A program made the translations under genes and the position numbers. This document shows positions 9,685 through 18,310 of a DNA stretch of 40,522 bases, in pieces (the stretch's first letter is position 1; every line of letters starts with the position of its first letter). The notes beneath the pieces were generated by a model that was given only the letters and a program-made list of their open reading frames with translations, had not been told where the DNA came from and did no database searches. Source of the stretch: a virus (taxonomy: Duplodnaviria > Heunggongvirae > Uroviricota > Caudoviricetes); IMG/VR virus record IMGVR_UViG_2737471847_000003, positions 1 through 40,522 of that record, one strand, 5' to 3'.

Positions 9685-10128
9685 ATGAACGAATATGTTT
9701 ATAGCGCAAGGCATAATGCTTTTTTCCCTGTGGATATGATTGATAAATATAAATCAGAGGGATGGGATTTATCAGATGCTAAGGAGGTGAATCAAAATAT
9801 TGTCAGTGAGTTTATGGCTGAACCGCCACAAGGAAAAGTCCGTATTGCGGGAGAGGATGGACTACCTGCGTGGGCAGATATTCCTCCACCTACTCATGAA
9901 GAGCTTATTGAAATTACTGAATCAGAAAGACAGCTACTAATTAACCTGGCCAACGAATACATGAACAGTAAGCAATGGCCCGGTAAAGCCGCTATTGGTC
10001 GTCTGAAAGGTGACGAACTGGCGCAATATAATTTGTGGCTGGATTATCTTGACGCACTGGAGCTGGTCGATACTTCCGGTGCGCCAGATATTGAATGGCC
10101 TACGCCTCCGGTAACTCAGGCCAGCTAA
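9685..10128 (+). CDS. Tail-fibre assembly protein, alternative copy
   Basis: 147 aa; C-terminus ...DTSGAPDIEWPTPP parallels the active copy (...DTSTAPEISWPELP); tail-to-tail 29-nt overlap with it. Confidence 0.8.
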   Translation: MNEYVYSARHNAFFPVDMIDKYKSEGWDLSDAKEVNQNIVSEFMAEPPQGKVRIAGEDGLPAWADIPPPTHEELIEITESERQLLINLANEYMNSKQWPGKAAIGRLKGDELAQYNLWLDYLDALELVDTSGAPDIEWPTPPVTQAS

Positions 10129-10495
10129 TCTCAGGAGCCGTCGAAGTGTCGACGGCTTTTACTTCTTTTTTGTAGTCCATCCAGGCAGATAGTTTTTCTT
10201 TATCTGTACTGCTGATATCACCAAGCATTAATTCCACCCGCCAGTCAGCTGTGACATTATCGGCATGAGCAAGTAACTGCATTCGCTGATTTTCAGCACG
10301 TGCGACATAATCAATCGCCGGAGATTTCAGTACCGGTAAACCATTTTCATCTGACGTGATTAATTTACCCCCTTCCTGCTGTCCGGCAATTAATTCATTG
10401 TATAAGTCTGTACTTATCTCAACAATGTCAGCAGGCATGTCGCTGTTTATACCATCAAAGAAAAAACCATTAGTCGATTTTGAGAAATAAATCAT
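10100..10495 (-). CDS. G: Tail-fibre assembly protein G, active orientation
   Basis: Start set at MIYFSK (AGGT RBS, 8 nt after H stop) rather than the ORF-track start at 10525. Confidence 0.75.
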   Translation of the reverse strand: MIYFSKSTNGFFFDGINSDMPADIVEISTDLYNELIAGQQEGGKLITSDENGLPVLKSPAIDYVARAENQRMQLLAHADNVTADWRVELMLGDISSTDKEKLSAWMDYKKEVKAVDTSTAPEISWPELPEA

Positions 10496-10503
10496 AGATA
10501 TAC

Positions 10504-11919
10504 CTATACACCGATTGCTACCCAAAAACAGGACCTTTCATGTTTGACAATTTCTCCCTGAGATATACCGCCAACAATTATATAGAACTGTGATTTGCTG
10601 ATATCAGAACAGTTCGCTATGCCCATTGCAGATATACCAGCCACCGACGTTGTATGTGGCACAGCCAACAGCGCAAGTGAACGATTTGGGAATGTTACCG
10701 GGTAAGTCACCGTATAGTTTGATGCTCCACTGACAATACCCCACTGAATAATCAGACCTGAAGGGAGTTTTTGAAAACCCGTTGATGAAAGTGAACTGGC
10801 AAACGCCGCCATATCCGGAATTTGGTTTTGCCCGCTACCTACATTCCGTTTTGCCGCTTCTCCCAAACCAAGGTATGCGAGAAGACCAGCTACATCCTTT
10901 CCACTCAAATTAGTCAGCGTATTGTCCAGCGGTTGTTTACCTGCCAGCGCATTAAGCATTGTCGTGGCAAAGTTCGGATCATTCCCCAGTGCCGCCGCCA
11001 GTTCGTTCAGTGTATCCAGTGCCGCAGGTGCAGAACCCACCATTGCTGTAATCGCTGATTTCACAAAAGCTGTAGTGGCAATCTGTGTATTGTTGACCGA
11101 CTGTGCCGCAGTAGGTGCTGTTGGCGTTCCGGTGAGTGCCGGACTCGACAGCGGTGCTTTTAGTGCCAGCGCATTGTTAATGGTGGTACTGAATTTCGGA
11201 TCATTGTTAATGGCTGCGGCTATTTCTTTCAGCGTGTCCAGCGTGGCTGGCGCACCATTAATAAGAGCCGTCAGAGCCGCCTGAACAAACGCGGTGGTCG
11301 CAATCTGCGTGGTGTTATTCCCTGCTGCTGGCGTTGGCGCTTTGGGTGTCCCGGTAAATGTCGGACTTTCTTTGGGCGCATACTGTGAATGTGGGTCCGC
11401 TGCGGCAAGGTGTTTTGCCATTTGGTCATCCACATACACCTTCAGCTCCAGTGCTTTATCATCCACATACTTGCGAGTTGCTAGTACTACAGCAGGGTCG
11501 ATTTTCAGGGTGATATTGTCCGTACTGCTGGTAATCAGCACCATGCGTACGGTCTGGGTGCGCCCGCTGCCTTCAGCCAGTTGCGGTTTATAGCTTTCCG
11601 GGCAGTTTCCCACGGCAATCAATGCCCCGGACTCATCAAACAGGCCCACTTCACGTATCCACCAACCGCCCTCGTTTTCAGGGATCACCTGTTCAGCAAT
11701 AATCTGGCTACTGTTCTGCGGGTCGATATAGAGCATATTCAACGCAGCCCGGCGTTTCTCATTTACCAGTGCCGTCTGCTTTGCGTCCGGCGTTGGTAAT
11801 GTTCCGCCGCCATCGCCTACCGCCATATGGGTAATTTTTAACGGCACACCGAGCGCGGCGGCGCTGGCAAGTTTCGCCGCGCCAATATCCGTCAGCAGGG
11901 TATAAAATTTTGTGCTCAT
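10504..11919 (-). CDS. H: Tail fibre protein H (constant N-terminus plus currently fused variable C-terminus)
   Basis: 471 aa; N-terminus MSTKF...MAVGDGGG typical of P2 gpH; internal fibre repeats; C-terminal ~120 aa lie inside the invertible segment. Confidence 0.85.
   Translation of the reverse strand: MSTKFYTLLTDIGAAKLASAAALGVPLKITHMAVGDGGGTLPTPDAKQTALVNEKRRAALNMLYIDPQNSSQIIAEQVIPENEGGWWIREVGLFDESGALIAVGNCPESYKPQLAEGSGRTQTVRMVLITSSTDNITLKIDPAVVLATRKYVDDKALELKVYVDDQMAKHLAAADPHSQYAPKESPTFTGTPKAPTPAAGNNTTQIATTAFVQAALTALINGAPATLDTLKEIAAAINNDPKFSTTINNALALKAPLSSPALTGTPTAPTAAQSVNNTQIATTAFVKSAITAMVGSAPAALDTLNELAAALGNDPNFATTMLNALAGKQPLDNTLTNLSGKDVAGLLAYLGLGEAAKRNVGSGQNQIPDMAAFASSLSSTGFQKLPSGLIIQWGIVSGASNYTVTYPVTFPNRSLALLAVPHTTSVAGISAMGIANCSDISKSQFYIIVGGISQGEIVKHERSCFWVAIGV
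10858..10883. other. hix/gix-like 26-bp crossover site (right)
   Basis: TTCTCCCAAACCAAGGTATGCGAGAA; shares the inner half-site TTCTCCCAAACC-AA with the left site in inverted orientation; 34-bp inverted-repeat arms 9290-9323 and 10838-10871 with 2 mismatches. Confidence 0.7.
10930..11367 (-). repeat. Tandem ~219-bp (73-aa) diverged repeat inside the tail-fibre gene
   Basis: Two protein units NNTTQIATTAFVQAALTALINGAPATLDTLKEIAAAINNDPKF and NNTQIATTAFVKSAITAMVGSAPAALDTLNELAAALGNDPNF. Confidence 0.7.
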
Positions 11920-12521
11920 GGATTCACTCTCATTGTGTCAATAACATGGACCGCCCCGCCTTCATGCGCGGTGCCGCCGGAAATAATTGTTTCGTTGATA
12001 TACGGATAGATCGTGATTTCTTCGCCAAGATAGCTGGCAGCCCCCACCCAATGCGGGCCGCTGGTCTGCAGATTGATGGACATGCCGATCAGATGGCGGC
12101 TACATGGTTTGGCATCGCTTATCAGCCGCTCAAGTTCCAGATAGGTATCTTCAGTGATGCCCTGGTCCTGCACGCCGATATCCAGGCGAAACGTGCCCGG
12201 TGTTTCTCCGGTCTGCCACCACTCAATAATGCGGATCAGAAAGCCGAACGGCTCCACCACCCGCCGCACGGCACTGGTGGTCCCTTTATGCTGATGAATA
12301 TAAAAAGCATCCTTCACCACCTGGCGCTTGACGCTTTCTGTCCAGCCCTCGTCCCAGCGATCCACAGAGAACGCCCAGGCGAGATAAGGAAGGAAACTGA
12401 CCGGACAGGTCGCCGGATTCCACAAGTCACGCAGCGGCACCTGCAGATCAGAAATCCCGCTACAGGTCTGCGCCAGTCGGCGCTCCAGTGAAGTTGAACC
12501 CGGTGGCAGCAGACTATTCAT
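11916..12521 (-). CDS. I: Baseplate/tail protein I
   Basis: 201 aa, between J and H. Confidence 0.75.
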   Translation of the reverse strand: MNSLLPPGSTSLERRLAQTCSGISDLQVPLRDLWNPATCPVSFLPYLAWAFSVDRWDEGWTESVKRQVVKDAFYIHQHKGTTSAVRRVVEPFGFLIRIIEWWQTGETPGTFRLDIGVQDQGITEDTYLELERLISDAKPCSRHLIGMSINLQTSGPHWVGAASYLGEEITIYPYINETIISGGTAHEGGAVHVIDTMRVNP

Positions 12522-13422
12522 CCGTTCCTCCGTTGGTTACGCTCCACTGCGTACATGATGCGGCCTGTGTTTTGTTCAGGACCACATCAGCCAGCGGTGA
12601 AGCCAGTTCCACACGCTGAACACCCTCAACATGCAGCGCGGCAAAAATAGCACTACGGCGAATATCCCGACCGAGCCGCGTCTGACTGGCGATGTACCTC
12701 TGCAGGCTGACTTTTGCCGCTGCCATTACCGGCTCTGCTTCCGGTCCCGGATAAAGAAAAATGGTGGCTTCCACACGGTACGGGATGATTTCTGCGCTGC
12801 GAACCGTCAGACGGTCAGCCACCGGGCGGACGTTCTCACTGTTCAGGGCTTTCTCCACCACATCCAGCAAGTCTTTTTCTGCTGTTCCATCGCCTTCGCG
12901 GCTCAGGACAGTCAGCACCACCTCTGCAGGTGCCGGACTGGTTGCACTGGCATCCGCCACCCGACCGTCGGCGCTTCGGGCATGAAATTCATAAGCTGCA
13001 GTTGGCCCCGCAACTGAAAGTCCTTCAAATGCTGCAGGCACACGCAGGCGTAACGCTTCATCGCTTTCCATCACAGCCGCAACGGGCGGCACAGCGTCAT
13101 TATCAGCAGGCGTCACCGTCAGGCGTGTCACGTTGTAGTTGGCAGCGAGCTGGTCCAGATCGCCGCCCATCGCGTAAGCCACCATCACCGCCTGCGCGGC
13201 TTCGTTAATGCGCTGGCGCAGAAGCAACTCACGGTAAGTATTCTCCTGCAGCAATTTGGTGACGGGTTCAGATTCCAGTTCCAGGGTACGCATCACAGCC
13301 TCCTGTTCATCTTTCGGATGAAGCGCCACAAATTCTGCCTTGCGTGCGGCAAGCAGCGTCTCAAAGTCCGGCACATCCACAATCTGCGGCGCAGGCAACT
13401 GCGAAAGGTCAATCACTGCCAT
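12514..13422 (-). CDS. J: Baseplate assembly protein J
   Basis: Start moved to MAVIDLSQLPAPQIV (AGGAG RBS), giving 302 aa as in P2 gpJ, which begins MPIIDLNQLPAP. Confidence 0.8.
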   Translation of the reverse strand: MAVIDLSQLPAPQIVDVPDFETLLAARKAEFVALHPKDEQEAVMRTLELESEPVTKLLQENTYRELLLRQRINEAAQAVMVAYAMGGDLDQLAANYNVTRLTVTPADNDAVPPVAAVMESDEALRLRVPAAFEGLSVAGPTAAYEFHARSADGRVADASATSPAPAEVVLTVLSREGDGTAEKDLLDVVEKALNSENVRPVADRLTVRSAEIIPYRVEATIFLYPGPEAEPVMAAAKVSLQRYIASQTRLGRDIRRSAIFAALHVEGVQRVELASPLADVVLNKTQAASCTQWSVTNGGTDE

Positions 13423-13768
13423 TCTCTGCTCCTGTTGATACGGAAAGGGAAACAGGCACACCGTTATTCCGCCGCCCGGTCAGCGCCACCACCATTGAAC
13501 CGTCAAAATGGCTGTTGATGGTGATGGAATCCAGCGTCAGCCGTGGTTCCCAGCGACTCAGCGCCACATACACTGCCGACATGACCTGCAGACGTAACGC
13601 CGGATTTTGTGGCTGGTCTATCAGTGCCAACAGCAGGGAACCATATTCACGGCGAGCAATGCGGCTACCCTGCGGCGTCAGCAGAATGTCCCGCACCGAC
13701 TGGCGCAGATGGTCAATATCAGTAATGGCTTTACCGCTGGTATTGTTCATCCCGCTATAAAGCGTCAT
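13409..13768 (-). CDS. W: Baseplate wedge protein W
   Basis: 119 aa, synteny V-W-J. Confidence 0.8.
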   Translation of the reverse strand: MTLYSGMNNTSGKAITDIDHLRQSVRDILLTPQGSRIARREYGSLLLALIDQPQNPALRLQVMSAVYVALSRWEPRLTLDSITINSHFDGSMVVALTGRRNNGVPVSLSVSTGAENGSD

Positions 13769-14343
13769 ACCGGGCCTCCGGTTGTATCGCCGCCTTTCAG
13801 GACGCCAGTATGCTGATGCGCATCAACCACGATCCCGTTAGAACTCATCGCTCCGCCGCCCTGGGTAACGCCACCATTGATCACCACTTCACTGTTAATG
13901 CGCGTGCGGTCAGCCTCCAGTACAAACTCACTGGTTTTCATGGTGATGTTGTCAGCGGCCTCAATGACCATTGATTTGATGCCCCTGACATACCAGCGCC
14001 CGGTGGCGGGTTCGTATTCAAACCAGCCACCGTCAGGATGTTCTGTCACGCAGGCGTCCGCCGACGTCGACGGTGGCGCGAACTGATTCGAATAGATGGC
14101 GGGTAACGCAAAGGCGGTTTCCAGATTGCCGCCCAGACTCAGCAGCACCACCTGCTCACCTTCCGATGGTCGCCACCATGTGCGGGCATTCCCGGCACGC
14201 AGCGTCAGCCAGCTGATCCAGTTAGTTTCAAGCTCGCCCGTTTTCACCCGGCAAAGCCAGTTTTCCCGGTCCACTTCGGTGACTACACCTGTGCGGATCA
14301 GGTTGGTGATAAGGCGCATGATTTCGGTTAATTGTGCGTTCAT
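13765..14343 (-). CDS. V: Baseplate spike/assembly protein V
   Basis: 192 aa, first gene of the V-W-J-I-H-G operon. Confidence 0.8.
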   Translation of the reverse strand: MNAQLTEIMRLITNLIRTGVVTEVDRENWLCRVKTGELETNWISWLTLRAGNARTWWRPSEGEQVVLLSLGGNLETAFALPAIYSNQFAPPSTSADACVTEHPDGGWFEYEPATGRWYVRGIKSMVIEAADNITMKTSEFVLEADRTRINSEVVINGGVTQGGGAMSSNGIVVDAHQHTGVLKGGDTTGGPV

Positions 14344-14389
14344 AGGGAAAGGTTGCCATCAGGGGAAGAAAGGCGGCAGTGCTGCAACT

Positions 14390-14407
14390 TGTATCAGTGC
14401 TGATACA
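14390..14407. promoter_or_regulatory. Ogr-type dyad TGT-N12-ACA between S and V
   Basis: TGTATCAGTGCTGATACA, a near-perfect palindrome, centre about 55 bp upstream of the V start codon. Confidence 0.45.
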
Positions 14408-14411
14408 AAGA

Positions 14412-14858
14412 TCACCCCGCCAGCCATTGCAGAATCATGTCGCGGGTCATTGCCTCAACATCATCATTTACACCCAGAAGGCGACGCTCTGCGTAACGGA
14501 CCTCCGGTCCTTTGCGGCTGACGCGATCACGCAGGCCATAATGGTGAACGCGGGCAATGCTCTGCACCTTACCTTCAAACTGTACGCTGGCAGAATCCGC
14601 GCTGGCGGCGGTTTTCAGGTATTTTGTGGTGCGCAGCTTTGCAAACATCTGACGTTTGATGCGCCCTTTTTTACTTCGTGCTGTTACCCGTCGCGGCTCA
14701 TAGCTGCTGCCGTCAGGGTTGCGCTGCATCCTGATATTCTGCTGCTGTGTCCGGCGCAGTTCCTGCGCCAGCTGGCGCATCATGCGGCTTCTGGCGGCTG
14801 GCTCCAGATTCGCCAGCAAAGCACTCAGCCAGTCGTCCACCTTCTGCAGTTCAGCCAC
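14412..14858 (-). CDS. S: Tail completion protein S
   Basis: 148 aa, position R-S as in P2. Confidence 0.75.
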   Translation of the reverse strand: MAELQKVDDWLSALLANLEPAARSRMMRQLAQELRRTQQQNIRMQRNPDGSSYEPRRVTARSKKGRIKRQMFAKLRTTKYLKTAASADSASVQFEGKVQSIARVHHYGLRDRVSRKGPEVRYAERRLLGVNDDVEAMTRDMILQWLAG

Positions 14859-15303
14859 GTTTCACCGTCCACATTTCTTCAGGTTCATCGGGTTCCGCTA
14901 CAGCTTCAACGCTCGACACACTGCCGTCAGTGCTGACCAGCACACGTTCCGTCAGTTGCAGGTTCAGGCTGATATCACAGACATCGTTGCGCAGAATATC
15001 CACCTCAAAGGTGAATAGTTTTTCCCGTAACGCCGGGTTATTGATGGCATCGGGCTGGTTATCCCTCAGCCACAGCAAAACCGGGGCCATCAGCAGATTC
15101 TGGTCGCCGCTGAAATCCTCAATCACCGCGTTCAGGGTGTAACGGTACTCCCACGACATGGAGCTGGCCCCCGTGGCAACCAGCGAACCGTTATCCACAA
15201 ACAGATGCAGTTTGTCCGGGTTATTGCGGACATAAGGCACCGCTTTATTGAGGGCGTGGCGCAGGGATTGTGGTTTGTTCACTGTTTCGCTCCTGACACG
15301 CAA
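14851..15303 (-). CDS. R: Tail completion protein R
   Basis: 150 aa, follows the lysis cassette. Confidence 0.75.
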   Translation of the reverse strand: MRVRSETVNKPQSLRHALNKAVPYVRNNPDKLHLFVDNGSLVATGASSMSWEYRYTLNAVIEDFSGDQNLLMAPVLLWLRDNQPDAINNPALREKLFTFEVDILRNDVCDISLNLQLTERVLVSTDGSVSSVEAVAEPDEPEEMWTVKRG

Positions 15304-15535
15304 TAATCATGTCCACTTTGTCTGCACAGACCGCCCAGGCGGCCTCCGTTTCATCCAGCAACGCGTCCAGATCACCGTTAGTGCGCGGCGTTGCCTGCTC
15401 CAGCCGACACGGCGTCACTCGCGGACAACCACTGACGGTAAGCTGCACCTCCGGTGAGTGTCGGACGTTCCCGCAGCCGGATAATGTCAGCAGGCAAAGG
15501 AGTATCAGCCCAGCGGCGTAAATCCTCGTTCTCAC
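15245..15535 (-). CDS. lysC: LysC-like outer-membrane lipoprotein spanin (Rz1 analogue), embedded
   Basis: 96 aa in an alternate frame; signal peptide plus lipobox LTLSGC; overlaps the 3' part of lysB and the 5' part of R. Confidence 0.6.
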   Translation of the reverse strand: MRTRIYAAGLILLCLLTLSGCGNVRHSPEVQLTVSGCPRVTPCRLEQATPRTNGDLDALLDETEAAWAVCADKVDMIIACQERNSEQTTIPAPRPQ

Positions 15536-15806
15536 GTTTCAGCTCCTCGATCCGGTGTTGTCGTTGTCTCAGCAGCGCGCTGGTCTGTTCTGCTTCGGCA
15601 TAGAGCCGCGCCTGCTCCCGGTTATTGGTTTCAGTCAGAATGGACAGGCTAATAAGCTGGCTGTTGCTCTTTGCCAGTGCCTGGCTTTTGCTCTGCAGCT
15701 CGTCTGACTGCGTGCTGATGGTCTGGCTGGCATCAGCCAGCCGCCACGTCTGCCAGCCCAGCGCCGCCAGTAATAACGCCAGCACAACCAGCAGCAACCG
15801 GTTCAT
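15378..15806 (-). CDS. lysB: LysB-like inner-membrane spanin (Rz analogue)
   Basis: 142 aa, N-terminal TM helix then coiled-coil. Confidence 0.7.
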   Translation of the reverse strand: MNRLLLVVLALLLAALGWQTWRLADASQTISTQSDELQSKSQALAKSNSQLISLSILTETNNREQARLYAEAEQTSALLRQRQHRIEELKRENEDLRRWADTPLPADIIRLRERPTLTGGAAYRQWLSASDAVSAGAGNAAH

Positions 15807-16180
15807 GCTGCTACCTGTTGCGCCATCTGATTACGGGTGATCCAGAAGGCAATAACGGTCAGCAGATAAAAGACCAGGGTAATAGCCCACCCCGTCCAGG
15901 CGAGACTTACGACAATCAGCAATCGCATCACCCAACTGATAAATACGTTTTCTTTTCGGGTAATTGTCTTCAGCAAAGATGCCCTTAACTCCTGCCAGAG
16001 CGGGCTATTCTTAATTAACGCAGCCAGTGCTACCGGAATTACCGCCCATGTCAGCAAACAGGCTACCCAAACGCCGGACGCTGCCAGTACCGGAAAAATC
16101 CCCTGCGGATACACCATTGCTGCGATTAACAACGCCATCCATAACATCAGAAACAGTCCGCTGATTAATTTCTTTTTCAT
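15803..16180 (-). CDS. lysA: LysA-like membrane protein
   Basis: Start set at MKKKLISG (residue 25 of the listed ORF), 1 nt after the K stop; multi-TM hydrophobic protein. Confidence 0.6.
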   Translation of the reverse strand: MKKKLISGLFLMLWMALLIAAMVYPQGIFPVLAASGVWVACLLTWAVIPVALAALIKNSPLWQELRASLLKTITRKENVFISWVMRLLIVVSLAWTGWAITLVFYLLTVIAFWITRNQMAQQVAA

Positions 16181-16181
16181 T

Positions 16182-16694
16182 TCAGTTTGCTCCCTGTAAA
16201 CACCAGGCCATCTCCCGCGCACGGCGGTTATCCAGCCCCTGATTAAACACACCTTTTACATAAACCCAGCGCGGCAACTGTCGGCACGCATCCGCCCAGC
16301 GCCGCTGATTGAGCAATTTCACCAGCGTGGAGCTGCAGGCATTGCCTGTCCCCACGTTGAAGGCAAACGACACCACCGAGTCATACACCTTTTGTGGCGG
16401 CTGTTGCTTCACACATCTTTCCAGCGCCCGCTCCACACGCAGCACGTTGGAGATAAGCCCTTCTGCTGCCTGTCGTTCCGTAATGGTTTTGCCGGGAATG
16501 ACGCCCGACGTATTACCAATGCCGTCAGTCCATACACCCGCGCTGCACTGATACGGCTGCAGACGACAGCCTTCGTAATCGGCAATCAGTTTCAGTCCTT
16601 CCACGGAGGTGTGAAGCTGCTGAAAACCCGGCAGCGTGGCAGCAATAGCCAGCACGGTCCCGACAAGGCAGCGTTTAACGATTGATGGATTCAT
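16182..16694 (-). CDS. K: Endolysin K (lysozyme-type muramidase)
   Basis: 170 aa; lysozyme-like core with YQCSAGVWTDGIGNT. Confidence 0.8.
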   Translation of the reverse strand: MNPSIVKRCLVGTVLAIAATLPGFQQLHTSVEGLKLIADYEGCRLQPYQCSAGVWTDGIGNTSGVIPGKTITERQAAEGLISNVLRVERALERCVKQQPPQKVYDSVVSFAFNVGTGNACSSTLVKLLNQRRWADACRQLPRWVYVKGVFNQGLDNRRAREMAWCLQGAN

Positions 16695-16890
16695 AGTCCT
16701 CCCGCGTGATCTGCCCGTCGCGCAGAAGCTGGTAGGCTTTGTGTTTGTAGTACCAGTTGATAGCCAGCATCAGCACACCGATCATCAGGCCGCCCAGCGT
16801 TGAGGCATCCTTGATGGACAAATCGCCCAGCCAGGCCAGCACGACGGCGATGCAATACGTGATAAAGGCGCTGATTCGCTCAAGCGTCAT
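16675..16890 (-). CDS. Y: Holin
   Basis: 71 aa with two hydrophobic helices and a charged C-terminus, directly upstream of the endolysin. Confidence 0.7.
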   Translation of the reverse strand: MTLERISAFITYCIAVVLAWLGDLSIKDASTLGGLMIGVLMLAINWYYKHKAYQLLRDGQITREDYESINR

Positions 16891-16893
16891 AAT

Positions 16894-17097
16894 TCAGTCC
16901 CATAGCTGGACGGTCTGCACGGTGGTGGTTGTCGGAATGTCCGGCAGCTCCACCTGCAGCCCGTGAGGTAAAAAGGGGCCATATTCGGCAAGCCCCGGAT
17001 TTGCCTTCAGTACCTGCTCCGTGACACCCTGCGTGCGCCCGTAATGACGCCAGCAAAGCGCGTCCACCGTGTCATACTGATGCGCACGCACTTTCAT
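16894..17097 (-). CDS. X: Tail protein X
   Basis: 67 aa, same length and position as P2 gpX. Confidence 0.75.
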   Translation of the reverse strand: MKVRAHQYDTVDALCWRHYGRTQGVTEQVLKANPGLAEYGPFLPHGLQVELPDIPTTTTVQTVQLWD

Positions 17098-17561
17098 CAG
17101 ATAAGCTCCACTGTGCAGTGCGGCGCGTCCTGTACCCGGCTGATGGCCCAGCGGGCGTCACGCCATAAATCACCGCTGGCTTCCGCCAGTTCCTCGCCCC
17201 GCTTCACACCGGATGCCGTGGCGTCATAGTCCTGGTAACGTTCGTTGAGCATGGCGCGTGCCCAGCAGTAAACCGCGTTGAAATAGTGCTGAATGCGCTC
17301 ACTTTTGCCGTCCAGCTGTTCCGCCGGAACCTCTGCCAGCGAGGCATACCCCAGCATCTGCTGGCGTCTGCGAAACTCATACAGCTCTGCGTTGACCTCC
17401 GAAATTGCCGACAGCGCAACCTGCTTTAAACGCGGCTGCGTCACCGTGCCGTCAGTGCGCATGACACTGCGAAACTCCGACAGGTCCACATCAGGCCAGA
17501 ACGGCGTATTTCTGATGATTTCCGCCTGTTCCGGTGCCTGTTCTGGCGCAACAAACTTCAT
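17097..17561 (-). CDS. L: Head completion/stabilisation protein L
   Basis: 154 aa, synteny M-L-X. Confidence 0.75.
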   Translation of the reverse strand: MKFVAPEQAPEQAEIIRNTPFWPDVDLSEFRSVMRTDGTVTQPRLKQVALSAISEVNAELYEFRRRQQMLGYASLAEVPAEQLDGKSERIQHYFNAVYCWARAMLNERYQDYDATASGVKRGEELAEASGDLWRDARWAISRVQDAPHCTVELI

Positions 17562-17656
17562 GCTGCTTTCTCCTGAAATAAAGGGCGGTGGACGGGGTTT
17601 TGATGTGGCTGTGCCTTTCGCCCCCCCGTGCCGCCCGTGCGCGGGGGCACGTTCTG

Positions 17657-18307
17657 TCAGCGGCTGTCATTGCGCAGTCTGCGCTCCAGCTGCTGTTTGT
17701 CTTTTTTCACGCCACAGCGGGGATCGAGCTGTAACGCATGGTTGAGATGATTAAGGGCGGAAGCCGGATTGCTTTCACTCAGGACTGCGCCAATCGCTTT
17801 ATGCAGACGCGCCCGTGACTGGTCCGGCATATCCAGACCGTCTGTCAGCTCCAGCGTCTGCATCAACAGATCGACATCAAAGCCGGTAGTGGCAAGCATT
17901 GCGCTCTGTGCCGCGTCTGCCATTTCCTCTGCCAGCACAGTCTGCACGTTGCGGTTACCCAGCGGCATCACCCAGCCATGACGCAGAGCATGACGCCCGA
18001 TCTCCAGCGCCCCGGCATAATCTCCGGCATCAATGCGCCACAGCATCACGTACATCAGCACGTCATCCTGTTGAGCGCCTCCGGCAGCCAGGACACCCTC
18101 CGCCCAGGCGGCGTACTTCGGCAGCAGCTCTACTTTGATTTCCGCTTTTTTGACCGTGGACTGAACGCCCTTGAGACGGCGGCGATCTTCCGCCAGTTGC
18201 AGCAACATCAGGTCATAGCCCGACGCGTGGCGAACGCTGCCGCCCTCACGGGCGGCCTGTTCAGCCTGAACGCGCAGGCGATGCTGCCGTGCGGGACTCA
18301 GGCTCAT
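17657..18307 (-). CDS. M: Terminase small (endonuclease) subunit M
   Basis: 216 aa, synteny O-N-M-L. Confidence 0.75.
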   Translation of the reverse strand: MSLSPARQHRLRVQAEQAAREGGSVRHASGYDLMLLQLAEDRRRLKGVQSTVKKAEIKVELLPKYAAWAEGVLAAGGAQQDDVLMYVMLWRIDAGDYAGALEIGRHALRHGWVMPLGNRNVQTVLAEEMADAAQSAMLATTGFDVDLLMQTLELTDGLDMPDQSRARLHKAIGAVLSESNPASALNHLNHALQLDPRCGVKKDKQQLERRLRNDSR

Positions 18308-18310
18308 GAA

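Larger units (their letters stand above)
9291..10870. mobile_element. Invertible tail-fibre host-range segment, about 1.58 kb
   Basis: Flanked by inverted crossover sites; contains two alternative tail-fibre C-termini and two convergent tail-fibre assembly genes, as in the Mu G segment. Confidence 0.8.

Noticed and set aside
8656-10883. Virulence cargo such as sopE in the tail-fibre region
   Set aside because: The region is fully accounted for by the invertase, the two tail-fibre assembly genes and the alternative fibre end; no effector-like ORF is present.
12514-13461. ORF-track start of J at 13461
   Set aside because: The extra 13 N-terminal residues are absent from P2 gpJ as I recall it; the internal ATG at 13422 has an AGGAG RBS.
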